From Eubacteriales bacterium (lineage in GTDB: Bacteria > Bacillota > Clostridia > Oscillospirales > SIG627), in contig JAZODR010000052.1 of NCBI GenBank assembly GCA_045597125.1, forward strand, positions 34,947 through 98,946: a DNA stretch of 64,000 nt. The letters run 5' to 3'. This document shows, piece by piece, positions 28,359 to 38,646 of this stretch. Made by a program: the position numbers and the translations under genes. The notes beneath the pieces were generated by a model, which made no database searches, was not told the DNA's origin, and saw only the letters and a list, made by a program, of their open reading frames with translations. Every line of letters starts with the position of its first letter. Position 1 is the first letter of the stretch.

Positions 28359-30071
28359 TCAAGAATTCTTTTGCTTTTCAGCCTCTTCCTTCTCAAGGAC
28401 GGTATAAGCAACTTTGCCAACAAGAGTTTTGGGAAGGGATTTGCGAATCTCAATATCATACGGCAAAGCGTATTTTGCAATATTTTTTCTGCAATGTTCA
28501 CGGAGAGATTTCAACGTATTTCCATCAGGGGAAAAACCCTCTCGAAGCATTACGAATGCTTTGATTTTCTGCATCTTCACAGGATCGGGCACACCAATAA
28601 CGCAACTCATCTGAACCGCTTCGTGAGACTCGATGATATTCTCCAGCTGAGAAGGATACACATTATAGCCTGAAGTTATAATCATTCGTTTGATTCTTTG
28701 CTTAAAGAAGATATATCCTTCTTCGTTCATATATCCAAGGTCGCCTGTATGAAGCCAAGTTCTGCCATCCGTATGCTTGCGGAGCGTATTGGTATTCTCT
28801 TCAGGGTGATTTAAATACCCCATCATAACGGTAGGACCTGTCAAACAAATCTCGCCATCCTCACCGTAACAAACTTCTTCCTCTGTGCCAACCTTGCAAA
28901 TCTTGTAATACGTATCGGGATACGGGAATCCGATACTGCCCTCAACCTCTTTATGATAAGGCGTTAAACAACTGGCAGTAACACATTCTGTAGTACCATA
29001 ACCCTCACGAATGCGAACATTCGCCCCATGATCAGAAAGAAATTTATCAAACTTCTTTTTCAATTCAATGGAAAGACTGTCACCGCCGGAAAATACTCCC
29101 ATCAAGGAATCCAATCTTTTTCCTTCAAGATATGAATTACGCGTCAAGGTTTCAAATAAGGTAGGCACTCCTGCAATATAATTTGGCCTCTCTTTGATAA
29201 TAAGCTCTGCATATTCTTTCGGAGTAAATCGAGGAATCAAAATGGAAGTTCCGCCTGCTACCATCATAGTATGTACACACACGCCAAGTCCAAACCCATG
29301 AAACATTGGCATAGCAGCAAGCATTCGCTTTCCGGTAACAGGTCTGTTACACATGGCAATTGTCTGCATTGCAAGAGCATTAAAATTCAGATTGGAAAGC
29401 AAAATTCCCTTTGTAACGCCGGTGGTACCGCCGGAAAAAAGGATGACAGCAGGATCATGATCGTATTTTTCAACCAAATACTCCCCTTCAAATGATCTTC
29501 CTTGCTTTAGAAAATCCTTCCACATAACAACGCGTTCATCCTCGGGAATAGAGGGGATTTTCCGCCCCTGGGTAAGTTTGAACCCAACGCTCTTCACGAC
29601 TCCCAAACTATCAGCAACGGAAGTAATCACAATCTTATTAATTTTAACAGAATTTGCAACAGTAGCAACCTTGCCGTAAAACTGATTCAACGTTACGATC
29701 ACACTACTATCCGCTTCCTTCAAGTAATATGCAATTTCTCCTTCTGCAGAAAGTGGATGAATCATGGTAGCAATAGCGCCAATACGGTTTAAGCCGTACA
29801 AACAAAAAACAGTTTGCGGAACGTTAGGCATACACAAACAAACGTGCTGACCCTCGGTAATTCCAATGGCTTTAAACGCTCTGGCGCAAAGATCAATCAT
29901 ATTAGCCAGCGTGCGAAAATCTGTCTTTTTACCCATAAAAGACAATGCGACCCGATCCGGATAAGTAGTCGCGGTATTCATAACGACTCGGCTCATAGAA
30001 AGTTTCGGGTAATCCAAATGAAATGGAACATCACCGTAGCCTGTAAGCCAAGGGGTTTTCAATTCTTCCAC
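28359..30071 (-). CDS. AMP-forming acyl-CoA synthetase / adenylate-forming ligase (FadD-like)
   Basis: 570 aa. FSGGTTGVTKG (A3), GYGTTE (A5), HTGDLG (A7), KRMI.TSGYNVYP (A8). Confidence 0.85.
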   Translation of the reverse strand: MEELKTPWLTGYGDVPFHLDYPKLSMSRVVMNTATTYPDRVALSFMGKKTDFRTLANMIDLCARAFKAIGITEGQHVCLCMPNVPQTVFCLYGLNRIGAIATMIHPLSAEGEIAYYLKEADSSVIVTLNQFYGKVATVANSVKINKIVITSVADSLGVVKSVGFKLTQGRKIPSIPEDERVVMWKDFLKQGRSFEGEYLVEKYDHDPAVILFSGGTTGVTKGILLSNLNFNALAMQTIAMCNRPVTGKRMLAAMPMFHGFGLGVCVHTMMVAGGTSILIPRFTPKEYAELIIKERPNYIAGVPTLFETLTRNSYLEGKRLDSLMGVFSGGDSLSIELKKKFDKFLSDHGANVRIREGYGTTECVTASCLTPYHKEVEGSIGFPYPDTYYKICKVGTEEEVCYGEDGEICLTGPTVMMGYLNHPEENTNTLRKHTDGRTWLHTGDLGYMNEEGYIFFKQRIKRMIITSGYNVYPSQLENIIESHEAVQMSCVIGVPDPVKMQKIKAFVMLREGFSPDGNTLKSLREHCRKNIAKYALPYDIEIRKSLPKTLVGKVAYTVLEKEEAEKQKNS

Positions 30072-30971
30072 TCAATTTTCTCCTTCAAAAAGAATTTTCT
30101 GAGTTAACGGCTCATCCAAGATTTCAGGATGCGCCAAAATATAACGCAAGATTTTAATGCTATTGGCAAAATAGAAACCGTCTGCAATACGCTCATCAAT
30201 GGTAAAGCCCAAGGGAAGCATTTCACGCATTTCATACGTTCCATCCGGTCGAAAAACAGGCTTCCATTGCTTCTCACCAATAATCACAAAAAATGAATTT
30301 GTGCCCCAGTCAATGAGATGGTGATAAGAAGCACTCATTTTTATGCTGCCAAGATTTGAAACGAAGCACGTAGAATGATATGGGTCTATTTTTTCAAAGA
30401 AAGCAGGCAACCAGCCGTGATACTCAAGCCAAAAGAGAAATTTTGCAACAAGACGGAGTAAAAAGCGAGGAATGCGATTAAGAAGTTCGATTACCTCAAT
30501 CGTTGCGCCCTCTTTATTCTCTTGCCGAATATGATAAACCTCTTTCTTAACCTTGGTGTACACCTGCTCTAAAGGAGACAGTTCGCTATCTTCCCGCATT
30601 TTCATAATTACCAAAGCTTCTTCGGCACGATCACTAAATGCACGTTTTACAACAAAAGAAAAGGAAATATCATTTCTTTGGTATAAACGATGCCCCTGCA
30701 AAAAACGATTCATCGCGGGACGAAGATAGATTGTTTTTGCAAGTGCAGCCAAAACTACGTGGAAAATTGTATATTTAAAATCAGGAGAGGACGCATTTTT
30801 CTTTTCAAGATATTCCGTAACAGCAGTAAGATCAATCTCATCATTTAAAAGAGCTTCATTGTCGGTCCTACCAAGCAACAGATATGGCATAAAAGCGTGC
30901 AAGGGATCAGCATCACGAACCAAAGTAGCGTCTCTACGATCACCAAGCTTTTTCTTTTCTTTTTTGCTCAT
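30072..30971 (-). CDS. 2-oxoacid dehydrogenase E2/CAT-fold acyltransferase-like protein (catalytic-domain only)
   Basis: The C-terminal LPLGFTIDERIADGFYFA aligns with the DHRxxDG active-site block of E2/CAT acyltransferases, but with Glu in place of His. Start set at MSKKEK, downstream of the predicted promoter. Confidence 0.5.
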   Translation of the reverse strand: MSKKEKKKLGDRRDATLVRDADPLHAFMPYLLLGRTDNEALLNDEIDLTAVTEYLEKKNASSPDFKYTIFHVVLAALAKTIYLRPAMNRFLQGHRLYQRNDISFSFVVKRAFSDRAEEALVIMKMREDSELSPLEQVYTKVKKEVYHIRQENKEGATIEVIELLNRIPRFLLRLVAKFLFWLEYHGWLPAFFEKIDPYHSTCFVSNLGSIKMSASYHHLIDWGTNSFFVIIGEKQWKPVFRPDGTYEMREMLPLGFTIDERIADGFYFANSIKILRYILAHPEILDEPLTQKILFEGEN

Positions 30972-31007
30972 AAATTTTCCCTTCATATCATTAAAAATTT
31001 TCATTAT

Positions 31008-31036
31008 ATTTTATCATAATCGACGAAAAAAGTCAA
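31008..31036 (-). promoter_or_regulatory. sigma-A-like promoter
   Basis: TTGACT, 17 nt spacer, TAAAAT on the minus strand; upstream of the acyltransferase-like/ligase pair. Confidence 0.55.
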
Positions 31037-31049
31037 CATTCCACCCGCG

Positions 31050-31079
31050 AAAAAAAGAGCCCTGAAACCAGAGCTCTTT
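31050..31079 (-). terminator. intrinsic terminator after the histidine kinase gene
   Basis: Minus strand: aaagagctctgg-ttt-cagggctcttt followed by 7 T. Confidence 0.65.
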
Positions 31080-31097
31080 AAAAATAATTGTATCGCA

Positions 31098-32591
31098 TTA
31101 ATCAGCTTTTTTCAAAGCAAACCAAAAAACACTTCCCTTTCCCACATCACTTTTTACTCCAAAATGAGCCTGATGCAGAAGCAGTAGTTTTTTCACAATG
31201 GAAAGTCCAAGGCCGGCTCCAACCGGAGCGCTCTGATGGCTTTGATCTACACGATAATAACGATCCCAAATGTACGCAAGCTTCTCCTCCGGAATTCCTT
31301 CTCCGTGATCTTCAACCTGAAAAACTGCAAGATCATCCTCGACAAAAACCTTTACCACAACTTTTTTATCATCACCACAATAATGAATTGCATTATTAAC
31401 CAGATTATAAATAATCTGATTCAATTTCACGGGGTCCGCTAATACATAAATCTGCTGAAATTCCGTTCTAAAATCAAGGGTATAGCCACAAAATCCAGTC
31501 ATTTTTTCATAGCGTAGCAAAATTTCACGAACAAGAGAAACAAGGTCAACGCGTTCAAGGTTTAGTTGTTCCATTCCGGCTTCAAGTTTTGACAAATCCA
31601 TCAAATCCGTAACAAGATCGGATAATCTGTGCGCTTCATCAATCACAACCTGCAAATTTTCCGGTGTATTTTCTCCGGGAATATCGCGCATGACCTCACT
31701 GTAAGCAGAAATTAATGTCAATGGAGTTCTCAAATCGTGAGAAACATTGGCAATCAGTTCTTTTCTCAAACGGTCAACTTGCTGAATCTCCAGTGCGGAC
31801 CGATGCAAGGTTTCGGCTAATTCTTCTACCTCTCTATATCCCTTGATATCCCTTCCGTCAAAATGACCGTCTAATAGGCTTTTTGACGCTTTATTAAGCT
31901 TTGTAATAGGACCGGAAATTGTTCGAGAAAGAATAACGGACATTAAAATAGAAACCAAAATTAAAATCGCAATTAAAAGATTCAATTCAAATCGTATGGT
32001 CTGCACTGTAGATTCAATGGGCAAAAGCACCGCTGAAATTAAGGCGTAACGTTCTTGACCTTGATCATTCTCGAAAATCTGACTGTAAAGAATACAATCA
32101 TAAGCATCTGAAGAGGCGCTGAGTGCAGGTTCCTTTTGTATAAAAAAGCCCGGAGGGAATTGGAAATAATCCAGCGAATGTTCAACACGTTTTAGAATAT
32201 TTGTTATATCACTTGCGGATAGATGGCTCTCAAATCTGGTATTTTCAAAATTTTTCGTTGCGCTATAAAAAAAAGAAATCGTTTTTGGGGATAAATTATG
32301 AACCACGCACTGACCGCTGGTATGTTCCTGAGCCAAAACATTTAATTTTTCATCATAAATGGTAAAGCAAAGCCCGACAGATGCAGAAGCATCATAAGAT
32401 AGCCCAATCACTTGTTCATCACTTAAGCCAAGCATATTATCGGCCGTTCTCCGAACGGAATTAATTTTAATTGCACGATAAATCTGGTCGAGAAATACAA
32501 CCTCCAGAAGCCAAAGAAGCACAATTACGAGAATGCTGAATGCAATAAAAGAAATCAGCAATTTCGATTTTACTCCAAAATTACGCTTCAA
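31098..32591 (-). CDS. sensor histidine kinase (HAMP + HisKA + HATPase)
   Basis: Two TM helices, H-box VSHDLRTPLT, N-box NLVNNAI.Y, G-boxes DHGEGI and GAGLGLSI. Confidence 0.9.
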   Translation of the reverse strand: MKRNFGVKSKLLISFIAFSILVIVLLWLLEVVFLDQIYRAIKINSVRRTADNMLGLSDEQVIGLSYDASASVGLCFTIYDEKLNVLAQEHTSGQCVVHNLSPKTISFFYSATKNFENTRFESHLSASDITNILKRVEHSLDYFQFPPGFFIQKEPALSASSDAYDCILYSQIFENDQGQERYALISAVLLPIESTVQTIRFELNLLIAILILVSILMSVILSRTISGPITKLNKASKSLLDGHFDGRDIKGYREVEELAETLHRSALEIQQVDRLRKELIANVSHDLRTPLTLISAYSEVMRDIPGENTPENLQVVIDEAHRLSDLVTDLMDLSKLEAGMEQLNLERVDLVSLVREILLRYEKMTGFCGYTLDFRTEFQQIYVLADPVKLNQIIYNLVNNAIHYCGDDKKVVVKVFVEDDLAVFQVEDHGEGIPEEKLAYIWDRYYRVDQSHQSAPVGAGLGLSIVKKLLLLHQAHFGVKSDVGKGSVFWFALKKAD

Positions 32592-33255
32592 AACGATAAC
32601 CTACCCCTCTTAACGTTACAATCTGTTTTGCATAATCACCAAGGCTTTTTCTCAGCAATTTAATATGTGTATCCAGGGTACGGTCATCACCATAAAAATC
32701 GTATCCCCAAACATCGCAAATCAGTTTTTCTCGACTGAGAGCCAAATTTCTATTTTTAACCAAATAAAACAGTAATTCATATTCCTTAGGCGAAAGATCC
32801 ACACGCTGATCGTCAATGGTTACAATTCTGGCTGAAAAATCAACTCTTAATCCATCCAAAATAAATTCATCGGAATTCCCCTGATTTTTTCCTCTTTGCA
32901 CGCGATTCAAAATTGCTTGTACACGCATCATCAGTTCTTTGGGAGAAAAAGGTTTTACTACGTAATCATCTATCCCAAGCTCGAAGCCATGGATTCGGTC
33001 ATACTCTTCGCCCCTTGCAGAAAGCATCAAAACAGGAATGTTACTGAATTTGCGAATTTCTCGAACGGCAGAAAAGCCGTCCAATTCAGGCATCATCACG
33101 TCTACAATTGCAAGGTCATAAGAGTTAATCTTACACAAGGAAACAGCCTGCATACCATCGGAAGCTTCTTCAACCTCAAAACCATCGTATTCGGCATATT
33201 TACGAATAATGGTACGGATTTTCATTTCATCATCGACAATTAAAATCTTCATCAT
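32581..33255 (-). CDS. OmpR-family response regulator
   Basis: The receiver domain has the DD...D...K set; C-terminal winged helix (LSPKEYELL..L......L.R..L...VWG, RGVGYRF). Confidence 0.9.
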   Translation of the reverse strand: MMKILIVDDEMKIRTIIRKYAEYDGFEVEEASDGMQAVSLCKINSYDLAIVDVMMPELDGFSAVREIRKFSNIPVLMLSARGEEYDRIHGFELGIDDYVVKPFSPKELMMRVQAILNRVQRGKNQGNSDEFILDGLRVDFSARIVTIDDQRVDLSPKEYELLFYLVKNRNLALSREKLICDVWGYDFYGDDRTLDTHIKLLRKSLGDYAKQIVTLRGVGYRFEA

Positions 33256-33308
33256 ATCAACTCCTTGACCACATTGTAAACAAAAAATGTGACAACCAAG
33301 TGAAAACG

Positions 33309-34127
33309 CTAAATTTCGATTACCTTTGCAAAAAGAACATAACGGTTATTTTGCCCAACCGCACCCGAGCATGTAGACATTAAAAATATTCTGTCTTCGG
33401 AAGAAACGGAAACATTGGAAGAAAACGTAGATTTTGAAAATACGGACAAAATAAAGTCTTCAGGCTTATCAGGCTCCAGATAAAGATTGGAAGTAGCTAA
33501 AGTATTAACTCCTGCAAAAATCTCAAGTCGATAGGTTTTTTCCTCGGTAAAGTAGAACATAAAAGGATGCTTTTGAAAGTATCCTTCTTTGCGATAATCC
33601 AAAATCGTACCAAACATAGAATTATTCTTCATATTATGGCCATACAAAACATGAGAAAAATCGGTCAAAGCCGCGTTATCGCGATAATCCATAAAGATGC
33701 TTCCGGCAGCATTTTCAGCTCCATTGGGCAAACGATTTACAAAATATGCGTTATCTTTTCCCTGCATAACGGGATAATTAATCGGAGTATCGGGACTGTA
33801 AAGCCACCCCACTGCATTGGGATATTTTTCTTTTACCTTTTCCATATCAACCTTGATATCAGGATAAATCAAAACATTAGAAGAAGGGTCATAGCCTTCA
33901 AAAGGGGAAATTTTATCAATGGCTTCCTTGGAAAAATCATACTCATCCTCAGGATTTATATCAGAAACAGCAGAATCTGCTAGTTCTCCGTGAAAATCGT
34001 GTTCCTTTTTCCCCTCATTCACGTATGAAACAATTTTATAAATCGAAAAAATAAATACAAAAATTAATATCAATTCAATCATCGAAACGAGGAAATTAAT
34101 TTTCTTTATTTTCTGAAACAAACTCAT
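33309..34127 (-). CDS. srtB: class B sortase
   Basis: N-terminal TM helix, YGHNM, LMSTCS (TLxTC-type Cys), and a C-terminal R.V. The size and motifs are SrtB-like. Confidence 0.75.
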   Translation of the reverse strand: MSLFQKIKKINFLVSMIELILIFVFIFSIYKIVSYVNEGKKEHDFHGELADSAVSDINPEDEYDFSKEAIDKISPFEGYDPSSNVLIYPDIKVDMEKVKEKYPNAVGWLYSPDTPINYPVMQGKDNAYFVNRLPNGAENAAGSIFMDYRDNAALTDFSHVLYGHNMKNNSMFGTILDYRKEGYFQKHPFMFYFTEEKTYRLEIFAGVNTLATSNLYLEPDKPEDFILSVFSKSTFSSNVSVSSEDRIFLMSTCSGAVGQNNRYVLFAKVIEI

Positions 34128-34184
34128 AGTTTTCCCTCCTTTTCTCTGATATTATAGCAGAAACACGGGCATTAAGCAAGAAGA

Positions 34185-34222
34185 AAAAACAGGTAGCAAA
34201 AATGCACCTGTTTTTTTCTCTT
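34185..34222. terminator. intrinsic terminator downstream of metA
   Basis: acaggt-agcaaaaatgc-acctgt flanked by an A-run and a T-run. Confidence 0.7.
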
Positions 34223-34224
34223 AA

Positions 34225-35142
34225 CTATTTTAACGATTTTAAATCGTAAGGAGTTGATTGATAAACAAAATAATTCAACCAATTGATAAACAATAAGCTC
34301 CCGTGAGCTCTCCAATTTACAATAGGACCTTGGTCAGGATCATTGTTTCGATAATAATTCTCAGGAAGCGCAGTGCCGATTCCTGCAGATATATCCCTTC
34401 GATATTCCTCGTCCAATGTCAAAGGATCATATTCCGCATGTCCCATAATAAAAAACTGTCTTCCACCGTTTTGAGAAACAATGTGAACGCCCGCTCGTTC
34501 CGAAGAAGCAAGAACCTTCAATTCAGGTACCGTTTCTATCTCCTCGCGCTTAACAGTAGTATATCGGGAATGAGGCACAAAGAATTCATTGTCAAAACCG
34601 CGAAGCAACATGGAAGTAGGATGATCAGCGGTATGAGAGAAAACGCCGAACAGTTTTTCACTCATTCTGTATTTTTTGATGCCGTAGTGATAATACAAGC
34701 CCGCCTGCGCACCCCAACAAATATGCATAACGCTATGGACGTGGGATTTACTCCATTCCATAATCGTACAAAGTTCGGGCCAATAGTCAACCTCTTCAAA
34801 TTCCTTCAATTCAACGGGTGCACCTGTGATGATCATCCCATCGTAATTTTCGTTTTTGATATCATCAAAGGTCTTATAGAAGGCGAGAAGATGTTCCTGA
34901 GTTGTATTTTGTGATTGATGCGTTGCAGTTCGTATCAAAGTTAATTCAATCTGCAAAGGAGTATTTCCCAAAACTCTTGAAATTTGAGTTTCGGTTTCAA
35001 TCTTCTTCGGCATCAAATTTAAAAGCAAGATGCGTAATGGACGAATATCCTGCGTGATCGCCCGCGTTTCGGTCATTACGAAGATGTTCTCTTGGGCAAG
35101 TGTCTGAACTGCAGGTAAATCATTTGGGATTTTAATTGGCAT
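34225..35142 (-). CDS. metA: homoserine O-acyltransferase MetA
   Basis: MPIKIP..LPA...L..E.IF.M, LNLMP.K..TE.Q, CWGAQA motifs; 305 aa. Confidence 0.9.
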   Translation of the reverse strand: MPIKIPNDLPAVQTLAQENIFVMTETRAITQDIRPLRILLLNLMPKKIETETQISRVLGNTPLQIELTLIRTATHQSQNTTQEHLLAFYKTFDDIKNENYDGMIITGAPVELKEFEEVDYWPELCTIMEWSKSHVHSVMHICWGAQAGLYYHYGIKKYRMSEKLFGVFSHTADHPTSMLLRGFDNEFFVPHSRYTTVKREEIETVPELKVLASSERAGVHIVSQNGGRQFFIMGHAEYDPLTLDEEYRRDISAGIGTALPENYYRNNDPDQGPIVNWRAHGSLLFINWLNYFVYQSTPYDLKSLK

Positions 35143-35152
35143 TTTTTGCTCC

Positions 35153-36433
35153 TTAAATGTTTCTCAAAGCATTCTCAATATCTGCGATGAGATCCTCTGC
35201 GTCCTCCAAACCTACAGAAAGACGTACAAGATCAGGGCCAACACCGCAAGCAACAAGTTCATCATCGCTCAGCTGACGGTGCGTTGTAGTTGCAGGATGC
35301 AGACAACAAGAACGCGCATCTGCCACATGCGTCTCAATTGCGATCATTTCAAGCCTAGACATAAAGGTTGCCGCAGCTTCCCTACCGCCTTTTACACCGA
35401 AACTGATAACACCGCATGTGCCACCGGGGAAATACTTCTTTACAAGATCATAATTGTCAGCCGTTTCAAGTCCGGGATAGGTAACCCAGGAAATCTTTTC
35501 ATGTGCTTCCAAAAATTTTGCAACCTTCAATGCACTCTCACAGTGGCGCTTCATCCTTACATGCAAACTTTCAAGACCGAGGTTAAGAATATATGCACTC
35601 ATAGGAGCAGGTGTTACACCAAGGTCACGCATCAACTGCGCGGTTGCTTTCGTAATATACGCTCCCTCAATACCAAAACGCTCGGTATAAGTAATGCCAT
35701 GATAACTTTGATCGGGGGTACACAGACCGGGGAATTTCTCGGGATATTTTGTCCAATCAAATTTACCGGAATCAATGATGGCACCGCCAACACAGCTTCC
35801 ATGACCATCCATATACTTAGTGGTAGAATGGGTAACGATATCAGCACCCCACTCAATGGGTCTGCAATTTGCAGGAGTCGGGAAGGTATTATCAATTATC
35901 AAAGGAACACCATTTCGATGGGCAATCTTAGCAAAACGCTCGATGTCTAGCACATTCAGAGCGGGATTGGCAATGGTTTCACCGAAAAGCGCCTTTGTTT
36001 CGGGACGAAAAGCTGCCTCAATTTCTTCATCGGTTGACTCCGGAGTTACAAAAGTAACATCAATCCCCATTCTCTTTAAAGTGACGGAAAACAGATTGAA
36101 GGTTCCTCCGTAAATGGAAGCCAAGGATACAAAGTGATCACCGCAGCTGCAAATATTAAAAATTGCAAGGAAGTTGGCTGCCTGACCGGAAGAGGTAAGC
36201 ATTGCGGCACTACCACCTTCCATCTCACAAATCTTGGCTGCAACAGTATCACAGGTGGGATTCTGTAATCTGGAATAAAAATATCCGTTTGCCTCCAGAT
36301 CGAAGAGCTTTCCCATTGCTTCACCGGTTGCATATTTAAAAGTGGTGCTTTGAATAATGGGAATTTGTCTGGGTTCGCCATTTCCGGGACGGTAACCGCC
36401 CTGCACACATTTTGTACCAATACCTTTTTTCAT
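35153..36433 (-). CDS. metY: O-acetylhomoserine aminocarboxypropyltransferase/sulfhydrylase (MetY)
   Basis: 426 aa Cys/Met-metabolism PLP enzyme. HSTTKY..GHG carries the PLP Lys; [16 protein letters not shown] is the C-terminal block. Confidence 0.85.
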   Translation of the reverse strand: MKKGIGTKCVQGGYRPGNGEPRQIPIIQSTTFKYATGEAMGKLFDLEANGYFYSRLQNPTCDTVAAKICEMEGGSAAMLTSSGQAANFLAIFNICSCGDHFVSLASIYGGTFNLFSVTLKRMGIDVTFVTPESTDEEIEAAFRPETKALFGETIANPALNVLDIERFAKIAHRNGVPLIIDNTFPTPANCRPIEWGADIVTHSTTKYMDGHGSCVGGAIIDSGKFDWTKYPEKFPGLCTPDQSYHGITYTERFGIEGAYITKATAQLMRDLGVTPAPMSAYILNLGLESLHVRMKRHCESALKVAKFLEAHEKISWVTYPGLETADNYDLVKKYFPGGTCGVISFGVKGGREAAATFMSRLEMIAIETHVADARSCCLHPATTTHRQLSDDELVACGVGPDLVRLSVGLEDAEDLIADIENALRNI

Positions 36434-36468
36434 TTCAATTCCTCCAGAAATTGTTTAAGGCCATTATA

Positions 36469-37470
36469 TCATAAAAGTTCGGGGTCTGCAAGAGTTGCTG
36501 CCATAACAGCTTTTATGGTATGCATTCTGTTTTCAGCTTCGTCAAAGACAATGGAAGCTTCGCTTTCAAACACCTCGTCCGTAACCTCCATACAATCAAT
36601 CCCGAATTTATCGTAAATCTGTTTGCCAACAGTGGTTTTCAAGTCGTGAAACGCAGGCAAACAATGCATAAACTTGCACTGAGGACCTGCATTTTCCATC
36701 AAATGGGAAGTAACGCGATAAGGAGTCAATTCGCGTATACGCTCTTGCCAAACATCATCGGGCTCACCCATAGAAACCCAAACATCTGTATAAATCACAT
36801 GTGCACCACGCGTTGCCGCCAAAGGATCCTCAACAAATTCTAAAACTGCACCGGTTTCCTTGGCAATTTTCAATGCCATTTGGCGAAGTTCTACATCGGG
36901 GAAATATTTTGCAGGCGCGCAAGCAACGAAGTGCATTCCCATTTTCGCGCAGCCTACCATCAATGAATTACCCATATTGTAACGGGCATCCCCCATATAA
37001 ACAAGCTTTTTCCCTTTCAACTCTCCGAATTGTTCACGAATTGTGAGAAAATCCGCCAAAATCTGAGTAGGATGAAATTCATTGGTCAGACCGTTCCAAA
37101 CGGGAACTCCGGCAAAATGAGCAAGTTCCTCCACAATCTCCTGACCAAAACCGCGATATTCAATGCCGTCAAACATTCTGCCCAATACGCGGGCGGTATC
37201 AGCAATGCTTTCCTTCTTCCCCATCTGGGAGCCGGTAGGCTCAAGGTAAACCGGATGCATCCCCAAATCGGCACCGGCAACCTCAAAAGCACAACGGGTT
37301 CTGGTACTGGATTTCTCAAAAACAAGAGCGATGCTCTTCCCTTCACAAATACGATGAGAAATCCCTTTTTTCTTTTCCTCTTTGAACTTTGCAGAAAGAT
37401 CCAATAAATAAGAAATTTCCTCAGAAGAAAAATCAAGAAGCTTTAAAAAGCTTTTGTTTTTTAAATTCAT
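36469..37470 (-). CDS. argF: ornithine carbamoyltransferase
   Basis: STRTR, HPTQ, FMHCLPA(F)H motifs; 333 aa. Confidence 0.9.
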   Translation of the reverse strand: MNLKNKSFLKLLDFSSEEISYLLDLSAKFKEEKKKGISHRICEGKSIALVFEKSSTRTRCAFEVAGADLGMHPVYLEPTGSQMGKKESIADTARVLGRMFDGIEYRGFGQEIVEELAHFAGVPVWNGLTNEFHPTQILADFLTIREQFGELKGKKLVYMGDARYNMGNSLMVGCAKMGMHFVACAPAKYFPDVELRQMALKIAKETGAVLEFVEDPLAATRGAHVIYTDVWVSMGEPDDVWQERIRELTPYRVTSHLMENAGPQCKFMHCLPAFHDLKTTVGKQIYDKFGIDCMEVTDEVFESEASIVFDEAENRMHTIKAVMAATLADPELL

Positions 37471-37473
37471 AAT

Positions 37474-38646
37474 CTACTCCTTTTCGGCACAGACTTTCGC
37501 AATAATCTCCAGCGCCTCTTTTAAACACTCCATGGAAATATTCAGTGCAGGAAGCAAACGTACTTTATCTTTGGCAGTCAAACAAAGAACGCCGCGCTCT
37601 AAACACTCTCGAACAATTTCTTTTGCATTGCCGTGTGTTTTGATACCGATCATCAAACCCATACCACTGACAGATTCAATTCCTTTTTTATCTTTTAAAT
37701 ATGCAAAAGTAAAAGCACTTTTTTCTTTCACAGATTCTAGAAATTCTTTATCCAAGCGTTCCATAACGCTGATCGCTCCCGCACAAGCAATGGGATTGCC
37801 GCCATAAGTAGAACCGTGATCCCCGAAACCGAATATATTTTCGACCTTTTCACCAAGAAGAGCTGCGCCCAAAGGCAAACCGCCACCGATTCCCTTTGCC
37901 GTACTGACAAGATCAGGCTGAATCCCGAAATTTTGATAAGCATAGAGCGAACCGGTTCTTCCGTTTCCGGTCTGAACCTCATCAACAATGAGAAGAATAT
38001 CTTCCGCCTTAGCAAACTCGGCAAGTTCCCTAACAAAATCAGCCTCAAGGGCAATCACGCCGCCCTCTCCTTGAACGCATTCAATCATAATTGCGCAAGC
38101 CTTATGCTTTAAAGCGCAAGCTTTCAGCGCATTTATATCATTTGCAGGGGTATGAACGAAGCCGGGTGTCAGAGGTTGAAACAATTCGTGATAATGGTCC
38201 TGACCGGTTGCGGAAAGAGTCGTAATGGTTCTTCCGTGAAAACTGTTCTCAAGAGTTACAATGGTGTAATACTCTGCGCCCTTTTTCTCAAAGCCGTATT
38301 TTCTTGCAGCCTTAATCACACACTCGTTTGCCTCAGCACCGGAATTACAGAAAAAAACTTTTTTCATTCCGCTTTTTTCGCAAATAAGCTCTGCCAAACG
38401 GACACAAGGCTCAGTATAATACAGATTAGACATATGCTGAACCTTATGAAGCTGATCGCTAACCGCCTTTACCCAAAGATCATCGGAGATGCCAAAACAA
38501 GTTACACCAATTCCGGAACCCATATCAATATAGCGCTTTCCGTTTTCATCATAAACCTCAGAGCCTTTGCCTGAAATTATGGAAACGGGAAAACGCGCAT
38601 AAGTTCCCGCGATATATTTTTGATCCAAATTTTGTAAATTACTCAT
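37474..38646 (-). CDS. argD: acetylornithine aminotransferase
   Basis: Class III aminotransferase: FCNSGAEANE, DEVQTG.GRTG, and TAKG.GGG (PLP Lys). The ATG at 38646 overlaps the argB stop (ATGAGTAA). Confidence 0.88.
   Translation of the reverse strand: MSNLQNLDQKYIAGTYARFPVSIISGKGSEVYDENGKRYIDMGSGIGVTCFGISDDLWVKAVSDQLHKVQHMSNLYYTEPCVRLAELICEKSGMKKVFFCNSGAEANECVIKAARKYGFEKKGAEYYTIVTLENSFHGRTITTLSATGQDHYHELFQPLTPGFVHTPANDINALKACALKHKACAIMIECVQGEGGVIALEADFVRELAEFAKAEDILLIVDEVQTGNGRTGSLYAYQNFGIQPDLVSTAKGIGGGLPLGAALLGEKVENIFGFGDHGSTYGGNPIACAGAISVMERLDKEFLESVKEKSAFTFAYLKDKKGIESVSGMGLMIGIKTHGNAKEIVRECLERGVLCLTAKDKVRLLPALNISMECLKEALEIIAKVCAEKE

Noticed and set aside
35279-35950. 223 aa plus-strand ORF. 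Similar long antisense ORFs occur at 34303..34914, 39734..40372, 58528..59145 and 42544..43062.
   Set aside because: Each is antisense to a strongly motif-supported biosynthetic gene (metY, metA, argJ, ilvE, argH). None has an RBS or family features, so they are codon-bias artefacts.
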